From the IMG/VR virus record IMGVR_UViG_3300032214_001577, positions 1 through 42,028 of that record: DNA of 42,028 nucleotides; one strand, 5' to 3'. Of this stretch, positions 37,301-42,028 are shown one piece after another. Each line of letters begins with the position of its first letter. The first letter of the stretch is position 1. The translations under genes were made by a program, and so were the position numbers. The stretch comes from a virus. Its lineage: Duplodnaviria > Caudoviricetes. The notes beneath the pieces were generated by a model. That model had not been told where the DNA came from and ran no database searches. It worked only from the letters and a program-made list of their open reading frames with translations.

Positions 37301-38025
37301 TGGTATTCCAAGACCCTGCTATTCGATTGAAATCTTCTCGTCCTGCTCGTGTAACAGACAAAGTAGTTTCTGCTCAACACGAAGAAGCAATGAAAGATTT
37401 CAAAGAAAGAAAAGAAGAAATTGCTGAAATGGTTGACGAGATACAAGCCAAGAAAAAAAGTAATGATGGAGCAAAGATAACCTTCAATAAATTGGCTGAT
37501 GGGGGATATGTTGTGAGCAAAGCAGATGAAGATGGATATGTTTACATTTTGGATGCGGATGGCAAAAAGGTTTCCGATAGTAAAATACCAAGTGATATTG
37601 GTTATGGCAAGGTGAAAAATAAATTCGTTGTTAAAAAAGCAAAATATGATACCGAATTAGGCAAAAACGATGCAAATCAAATTGTTGAGCGTATGAATAG
37701 CAAATACGCCAAAGGTGGTGCTATTGGATTCGATGCTCTTGCTAAAAAGGTTGCCAAAAACTACGAAGGCGATAAAGTGAAAAAAGAGTTTCAAGATGAG
37801 TATGGTAAAACCTACGATAAGCAAGAAGCAGAAGAGGTCGGAAAAAAGGTCGCTGGTAAAGTGTATCGTCAACAACAAGCCAAAGGCAAAATGGCAAAAG
37901 GCGGTAAAACCAACAATCGTAGTGAAAACAAAATGACCCAAATTTCAAGAAAAGCCAGTGAGATTCGTAAGGCAGACGAATCATGGAGAGATGCTTTTAA
38001 TAGAGCAAAAGCAATGATTGGCTAA
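34360..38025 (+). CDS. xxGG-punctuated modular protein (putative polyprotein), about 18 motifs
   Basis: YKNGG, MAMGG, MEKGG, YAVGG, FKHGG, FGNGG, MADGG x4, MANGG, YAEGG, YAKGG x2, LAKGG, LEKGG, LADGG, MAKGG. Confidence 0.78.
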   Translation: MNYDNYYKNGGMTKEESVSAIALRIGARKEAVAKFVEQNNIDTNKLNSDLKSGEVYFMDVITAIVGMPNNKYEKEIVKKYGSKMAMGGKTQGYDDREDERLGMKYGKMSGKDFVGSHEMREHSRRDDARFEERMEKGGKLYTTQMNVGRAKYVINYHDGSKTHKDGSPFYDIDIFSNRKDFDKAVKKLESEGYKYRYAVGGMMADGGKVSYDIEYRDEEGDTYEASFDTLEDAKEEIRKIREEGGRITETWKYVDGKFSGRFKHGGMMADGGRIKVGTFDEAQLKKGEDKIAVQKLQKESGLNYVDSKIIKKGGKMYLDVYLIPNEEYYKSSKFGNGGMMADGGEVYYVRDFYPNYDEDKIASILKSIGAKKVRKAKLYGYSNQPDVVVFEGDKNEAQEILEKEFPDNYISIYEKDWGRKMADGGETERDKNGMLYALQEHVSSGEIANITNTSKYVDIDSIRSKAIQYYMQNGDKPYSYAELESVLKKFDHTKMANGGKLEAGVYRIGKPKRISDNLYEQKIVEIFDNGDIATASDYGRKLGDFKSQMYPIINQEQFEEQYRYAEGGAIEDQYVGRTAQDIWDSLSELQRQHFIGDHAIEIEMLSDKNYDDSKNEFPKEMTREFVKKAYRSDWEGLDEVVQNRFANHVRKGEYAKGGIIKVGDKVRSKIFSGVEGEVVSKKGDMLFIVRRNALPNGDIQHDVLRINEVEKLAKGGKTDDIDYSKQTTDDFTLGEIVWDVDNERYGTIIGIYDDDGYASSKFELRLDSDGVQPTENLRKVGDKGDKGTKKQLDEAITQYARLVKLYGKDNDYPKQIKPDDSKDDDKPKNKWEYTDKDEIEYVVVKDKNAKELKFDGKNVLSGVHDLLEKGGKLTEIGKYYSKNDVVSVVVNGKNILDKNTVSGVWIKKDAKPMAEDVADMKIGKTTLKKGFNGWVAKTMVDNFKGFDWDITTIKNSRGDLTTTAQGGKSEDKGGYKMFTFMVFQDPAIRLKSSRPARVTDKVVSAQHEEAMKDFKERKEEIAEMVDEIQAKKKSNDGAKITFNKLADGGYVVSKADEDGYVYILDADGKKVSDSKIPSDIGYGKVKNKFVVKKAKYDTELGKNDANQIVERMNSKYAKGGAIGFDALAKKVAKNYEGDKVKKEFQDEYGKTYDKQEAEEVGKKVAGKVYRQQQAKGKMAKGGKTNNRSENKMTQISRKASEIRKADESWRDAFNRAKAMIG
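34956..35390 (+). repeat. three exact 24-bp in-frame direct repeats TGGTGGCATGATGGCTGATGGTGG (GGMMADGG)
   Basis: Copies at 34956-34979, 35151-35174 and 35367-35390; a variant is at about 30874-30896. Confidence 0.9.
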
Positions 38026-38063
38026 AAAAAAATAAGTAAATTGCAAACTCAAAAATAGACAAC

Positions 38064-38666
38064 ATGAAAAAAATTCAAGATGTATTGGACGAAGTGGATT
38101 TGGATGTCAGTGAACTTCCAGAACCCACACAAAGAAGGATTCAAACCTACGCTTCTTTAGAAAAGCAGTTAATCGCTGCCAAATTGGAATTAGAAGCGTT
38201 GGATGAGCCTGATGCTGAAAAGCAACAAACCTATGAGGACGCTATCACGTACTTTAATGACTATGAAGCGGATGTTATCGAAAGCATTCAATCTTATGCA
38301 GTTCGTTTAAACAACGAATTGCAAGCGAAAGCCATGAAAGAAAGACGTGAGAGAGAACAAAAGGAAAAAGAAAACGAGAAGCGAATTCAAGCAAGAAAAG
38401 AAGCAGAGCAAAGAGAAAACGAAGCCAAAGAAAAAGCCAGAAAAGAACAAGAACAGAAAGTGCAAAAGGCTAAAGAAGATTTGGAAAAAGCAAATGCTAA
38501 AGCCCAAGAAGAAGCCTTGAAAGAAAAGGAAGAAGCCGAAGAAAGGGCGAGATTGGAAGAAGAAGCCAGAAAACCTAAAAAGAAATCTGGTGGCTTGGGT
38601 TGGCTACTTGCTGGACTCGGCATAGTAGCAGCAGTCGTCACTCTCGGAGCAACAAAAGACAAGTAA
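38064..38666 (+). CDS. coiled-coil protein with a C-terminal membrane anchor
   Basis: Long E/K/R/A helix, then KKKSGG-LGWLLAGLGIVAAVVTLG. Confidence 0.75.
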   Translation: MKKIQDVLDEVDLDVSELPEPTQRRIQTYASLEKQLIAAKLELEALDEPDAEKQQTYEDAITYFNDYEADVIESIQSYAVRLNNELQAKAMKERREREQKEKENEKRIQARKEAEQRENEAKEKARKEQEQKVQKAKEDLEKANAKAQEEALKEKEEAEERARLEEEARKPKKKSGGLGWLLAGLGIVAAVVTLGATKDK

Positions 38667-38669
38667 ACT

Positions 38670-38861
38670 ATGAAGGTGCAACAACAAGAATTTTTGATAG
38701 ACCCACAACCAGTGAGATTATTGGATGTTTTTGTTATTGCACCTTTTTTATTTTACACTGCTTACAAGTTTGATTTACCGAAGCCCATAAAAATGGGTCT
38801 TTATGTTTTGTCTGTGTCTACATTGGTGTACAATGGGTACAATTATTTGAAGAACTCATGA
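38670..38861 (+). CDS. small two-TM membrane protein
   Basis: Q.VRLLDVFVIAPFLFY...TLVYNGYNY. Confidence 0.7.
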   Translation: MKVQQQEFLIDPQPVRLLDVFVIAPFLFYTAYKFDLPKPIKMGLYVLSVSTLVYNGYNYLKNS

Positions 38862-39163
38862 GTTACAAAATAACCCCATACACACTTGCTCAGGCAAAGA
38901 AACTTGGAGTAGTTGTTAAGCCATCAAAGGTTAACGGCAAGAAATTAGATGTTTTTAAAAATGTAAAAGGCGAAGTAGTAAAGGTAGCAACGGTTGGTGC
39001 TTTAGGGTACAACGACTACCCAACATTTTTGCAATTAGAACGTCAGGGCAAATTCCCAGAAGGAACTGCGGAAAGACGGAGAAAAGCATATAAAATTAGA
39101 CATCAAAAAGATAGAACCATCCGTAATAGTAATGGATGGTATGCTGATAAACTTTTATGGTAA
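38858..39163 (+). CDS. basic protein, DUF5754-like
   Basis: KPS...KKLDVF...GALGYNDY...RRKAYKIRH...ADKLLW; family name from recall. Confidence 0.6.
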   Translation: MSYKITPYTLAQAKKLGVVVKPSKVNGKKLDVFKNVKGEVVKVATVGALGYNDYPTFLQLERQGKFPEGTAERRRKAYKIRHQKDRTIRNSNGWYADKLLW

Positions 39164-39169
39164 AACATT

Positions 39170-39748
39170 ATGAATATAACAAGAGAACAAATTGAAAAAG
39201 CAGTCAAAGGAAAAGGCTTTGCTTACTTTGAAAATGGTGACTACAATGTAAATATTGTAGGTGTAAGAAATGGGTCAACTGGTAAAAGAGTAACGAACCA
39301 ATTTGATGATTGGATGACGGCTTCTTACAAAGTGAATGGTGAATGGAAATTTGCTATTTGGCCTTGCACAGTAGATAATGGTGATGGCAGTGCCAGATTG
39401 GTAGAAGGTCAGTATAGAGGTAGTTTCACCATAGGTAAACATCAGGGCAAATATGATGCTTTGAAACAATGTAAACCTCTAAAAGTGTATCGTGATTGGA
39501 ATTTGAAAGATGGCACTTATGATGAGAGCAAGATTTACAACGATGTCGCTGGTTTGAACATTCACAAAGCAGGAGCAGATAGCGTAAACGTAAACAACTG
39601 GTCAGAAGGGTGTCAAGTATTCAAAAGGGAAAAAGAGTTTTTGGCTTTTATGGAAATCATTTTCAAAGCAGAAAAAATTCATGGTAAATTTTTCACCTAC
39701 ACTTTGATAAACTCTAACGATTTTGTGAAAACAAATAATTTAGATTAA
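39170..39748 (+). CDS. YkuD/L,D-transpeptidase-like peptidoglycan enzyme (putative endolysin)
   Basis: GLNIHKAG...NWSEGCQV His/Cys motif; adjacent to a holin-like gene. Confidence 0.65.
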   Translation: MNITREQIEKAVKGKGFAYFENGDYNVNIVGVRNGSTGKRVTNQFDDWMTASYKVNGEWKFAIWPCTVDNGDGSARLVEGQYRGSFTIGKHQGKYDALKQCKPLKVYRDWNLKDGTYDESKIYNDVAGLNIHKAGADSVNVNNWSEGCQVFKREKEFLAFMEIIFKAEKIHGKFFTYTLINSNDFVKTNNLD

Positions 39749-39749
39749 T

Positions 39750-40028
39750 ATGGCGACCGTCAAGAAACCAACTGCACTCCCAGTTTCGTTTGAACAATTC
39801 AAAAAGAACCCAGTCGCAGCGGTAGCGTTTTGTATGCTCGCAGCGGTTAGTTACTTGTATTTGGATTTAAAGTCTGGCTATAAAGACCAGATACAAAATT
39901 TGAATATGAAATTAGAAAATTACGATGTTAAACTGGACAAAATGAACTACGCTCTTAAAAGGAGTGATTCTACACTTGCGTCAGCAATAACCGAATTGAG
40001 AATTATAACAACGGTAAAAAAATTATGA
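39750..40028 (+). CDS. single-TM coiled-coil protein
   Basis: PVAAVAFCMLAAVSYLYL followed by heptad repeats. Confidence 0.7.
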   Translation: MATVKKPTALPVSFEQFKKNPVAAVAFCMLAAVSYLYLDLKSGYKDQIQNLNMKLENYDVKLDKMNYALKRSDSTLASAITELRIITTVKKL

Positions 40029-40447
40029 AAAAACAACTTATCATTTTAATTATAGGATTTATCATTTTGGATAATTCCATACCCCTACAAGCGATTCAAC
40101 AACCTGCGGTAGACGAAGTAGAAATGATGCTAAAAAAGATTGAGGGCAATTTGAAAATGGCTTCTCAAGTAACGTCAGTCGCAAAATCTGCTGGTGACAA
40201 ATTGGTATCAAATAAAGTACAAGAAAAAGCAGAATTGAAACAAGCGGTATCTGATGCACAAGCACAAGTTTCGGAATTAAAAAAACAAAATGAAACTTTT
40301 GCTACTCGCATGGTCGAAGCAGGAATTGATACTTCAGGGAATGTTGAAGACGTTAACTATTCAGGCCCAGTTTGGGATGATTATCAAGTATATTTGAAAA
40401 ACGGAGGAACATCCGATTTTGAATATTTTAGACTTTATAGAAAATAA
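40025..40447 (+). CDS. signal-peptide or TM coiled-coil protein
   Basis: MKKQLIILIIGFIIL N-terminus and a central coiled coil; no lipobox Cys. Confidence 0.7.
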   Translation: MKKQLIILIIGFIILDNSIPLQAIQQPAVDEVEMMLKKIEGNLKMASQVTSVAKSAGDKLVSNKVQEKAELKQAVSDAQAQVSELKKQNETFATRMVEAGIDTSGNVEDVNYSGPVWDDYQVYLKNGGTSDFEYFRLYRK

Positions 40448-40451
40448 AATT

Positions 40452-40709
40452 ATGAACTTAGACTCACTTTCCAGAAATAGTCGCTCAGTAGTAGCGTTTT
40501 TTATCATCCTTTGTGGATTTGGTATTTTATTCTCAATCATTTTTTGGGATTTTCCATCTGACCAAAAAGATATTTATTACTCCATCGCTGGTGTAGTTGG
40601 AACTTTGCTTTCCTTAGTGGTTTCTTATTATTTTGGTGCAAGTAAAACTGAATCGAATTATGAATCAAATACTTCAAATACTGATAAAGAGAATACAGAA
40701 TCTTTGTAA
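40452..40709 (+). CDS. holin-like two-TM protein
   Basis: Two TM helices ending VVSYYFGAS; near the putative endolysin; ATG at 40452. Confidence 0.6.
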   Translation: MNLDSLSRNSRSVVAFFIILCGFGILFSIIFWDFPSDQKDIYYSIAGVVGTLLSLVVSYYFGASKTESNYESNTSNTDKENTESL

Positions 40710-40733
40710 TCCAACGAATATCAAAAAATTGAT

Positions 40734-40741
40734 TAATTTTG
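40734..40741 (+). promoter_or_regulatory. Bacteroidota-type -7 box TAATTTTG
   Basis: TAnnTTTG in the gap before the ATG at 40761. Confidence 0.45.
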
Positions 40742-40760
40742 TCATTAATAAGAAATAACC

Positions 40761-40874
40761 ATGAATAACAAAATGAATTTCGGAACTGCCATAGTTGGTT
40801 TAGCAATTACTTTGGGAACTATTTATGTAGTTGCATACGTTGCTGGTAAAGGCTGGGGCAAAGGAGCAAAATAA
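40761..40874 (+). CDS. 37-aa single-TM peptide MNNKMNFGTAIVGLAITLGTIYVVAYVAGKGWGKGAK (not in the ORF track)
   Basis: Translated by hand; TAATG overlap with the next gene; A-rich leader. Confidence 0.75.
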   Translation: MNNKMNFGTAIVGLAITLGTIYVVAYVAGKGWGKGAK

Positions 40875-41380
40875 TGAAGAAGGTATTTGAGGAAATCGGA
40901 AAAGCCTCAAAAGGGGAATATGGTACTGGTGTATTATACGCTGGTGCGGTAGGACTCATACTTTCTGACATTATTCCCACTCCTGCGGATGCGATTTACT
41001 TTTACACGGAAAAGAAACTTCGTGAAAAGTGGAAGAATGGAGAAATCACACCAGAAAAATATTGGAAGAAAACTGCCATGGCGTATTACTTGTACAATCC
41101 CATCTGGTGGATTTTGGTATTAGCGGTAGTTTATAATGTTGAAGGGGATTTAAACAAAAAAGCAAAAGTAGGATTAGCATTGGCAGGTGCTGGTGCGGTG
41201 ATTGGAATAATTTATCGAAACTACTCCCAAGACATCAAGCAAATTAGAGAAGAAGTTTTGGCAACACAAGAGCCAGAACCAGAGTTTGCTGGAAAAGAAA
41301 AACCAAATCTTAAAGACCACATGAAGTCAGGTCAGTATCGACAAGTGATGAGAAGGGGTCAACAAATAAAATTCGTATAA
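40874..41380 (+). CDS. multi-pass membrane protein
   Basis: Three hydrophobic segments. Confidence 0.7.
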   Translation: MKKVFEEIGKASKGEYGTGVLYAGAVGLILSDIIPTPADAIYFYTEKKLREKWKNGEITPEKYWKKTAMAYYLYNPIWWILVLAVVYNVEGDLNKKAKVGLALAGAGAVIGIIYRNYSQDIKQIREEVLATQEPEPEFAGKEKPNLKDHMKSGQYRQVMRRGQQIKFV

Positions 41381-41381
41381 C

Positions 41382-41741
41382 ATGGAAAATACACAAAACG
41401 CAGGAGGGTCTGCGACACCTGATTTATCGGCATCTGTTAATGCTTCCAAATTGGCAAACCCAGCATCCGTTGTAACACCAACACCATCAGCAGGTGAAAT
41501 GAATGAGGGTGGTGATATTGCTCCTGAAACCACCAACGATGGAAGTCATGATTGGGGTCAATGGATAGCAATCGGTATCATCTCTTTAACAATCGTTTCT
41601 TTGGTGATGCAAATTGTGGTGAACAGAAGAAGTTTGGTAAGATTAAATCAAGAAGATAGGGATTTGAGAGAAAGGGTGAATAAACTCGAATTGAAGTTTG
41701 ATAACTTTGAGAATACACAACCAATCAGACGTGCCGCCTAA
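41382..41741 (+). CDS. single-TM protein with an S/T/P-rich N-terminus, one MNEGG motif and a C-terminal coiled coil
   Basis: SATPDLSAS...VVTPTPSA; TM WIAIGIISLTIVSLVMQIVV. Confidence 0.7.
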   Translation: MENTQNAGGSATPDLSASVNASKLANPASVVTPTPSAGEMNEGGDIAPETTNDGSHDWGQWIAIGIISLTIVSLVMQIVVNRRSLVRLNQEDRDLRERVNKLELKFDNFENTQPIRRAA

Positions 41742-41758
41742 TTGTAATTTAAGCAAAA

Positions 41759-42028
41759 ATGAATAATTGGCTTGATAATGTAACTTATGGAAATCCAGTA
41801 GATAAACTTCTGCCTTTTATGAGAGCAGGAGTTTATGATTTTCTATTACCTGACCTCAAGCAACATCCCTTTCCGAGTAATTCATGTGAAATGACTCAGG
41901 ATGAAATTAGGCTTTTAATCGAATTACAAAACTCTGAAGAACAAAAAAATCCTACAATTTTCAGTAGGTATTTAGATTATGATAATGACATTGTAGATAT
42001 GTTTAAGACTTTTTGTAAGAAAAGATTA
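41759..42028 (+). CDS. 3'-truncated ORF, possibly the N-terminus of a PAP2/haloperoxidase-like phosphatase
   Basis: Frame MNNWLDNVTYGNP... is open to the window end; PFPSNS..TQDEI resembles the PPxNxSxxTxxEL of PAP2-like proteins. The catalytic motifs are not in the window. Confidence 0.4.
   Translation, partial: MNNWLDNVTYGNPVDKLLPFMRAGVYDFLLPDLKQHPFPSNSCEMTQDEIRLLIELQNSEEQKNPTIFSRYLDYDNDIVDMFKTFCKKRL

Noticed and set aside
27778-38025. xxGG as ubiquitin-like C-termini or double-glycine bacteriocin leaders
   Set aside because: No E1/E2/JAB, recognisable beta-grasp repeat or C39-ABC transporter in the window, and the upstream residues do not fit the leader consensus. Not excluded genome-wide.
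27846-38662. Other short antisense or nested ORFs in the track
   Set aside because: They fully overlap long coherent plus-strand genes and have antisense-typical F/S/L composition.
1-42028. tRNA/rRNA, IS or integrase, reverse transcriptase/DGR, stop-codon recoding
   Set aside because: None was recognised by eye, and standard-code ORFs tile the window almost completely.

Overview
AT-rich, gene-dense, almost entirely plus-strand segment of a large bacterial virus. The host is probably Bacteroidota: there are no Shine-Dalgarno motifs, the leaders are A-rich, and TAnnTTTG boxes precede several genes. No capsid, terminase or polymerase gene is in the window. Three blocks are visible. (1) 1-16860 is a glyco-modification island with a compact DegT aminotransferase, a PglD/NeuD-like acetyltransferase, about 9 glycosyltransferase-like genes and 6 SAM methyltransferases. 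(2) 17259-38025 holds large modular proteins punctuated by roughly 45 hand-counted copies of a [YMFL]-x-x-G-G motif (YAKGG/YAEGG/MADGG/MEKGG). The motif separates unrelated modules, including an ART-PolyVal-like ADP-ribosyltransferase domain and a zeta-toxin-like kinase. A small Cys-His-Asp transglutaminase/papain-like gene and a MoxR AAA+/vWA-like pair lie inside the block. (3) 38064-42028 encodes small membrane proteins plus a YkuD-like peptidoglycan enzyme and a holin-like gene. The lead hypothesis is a diglycine-delimited viral polyprotein or cargo system with its own candidate protease and DNA-level repeats that could shuffle modules. All family calls come from motif recognition by eye; no searches were run.
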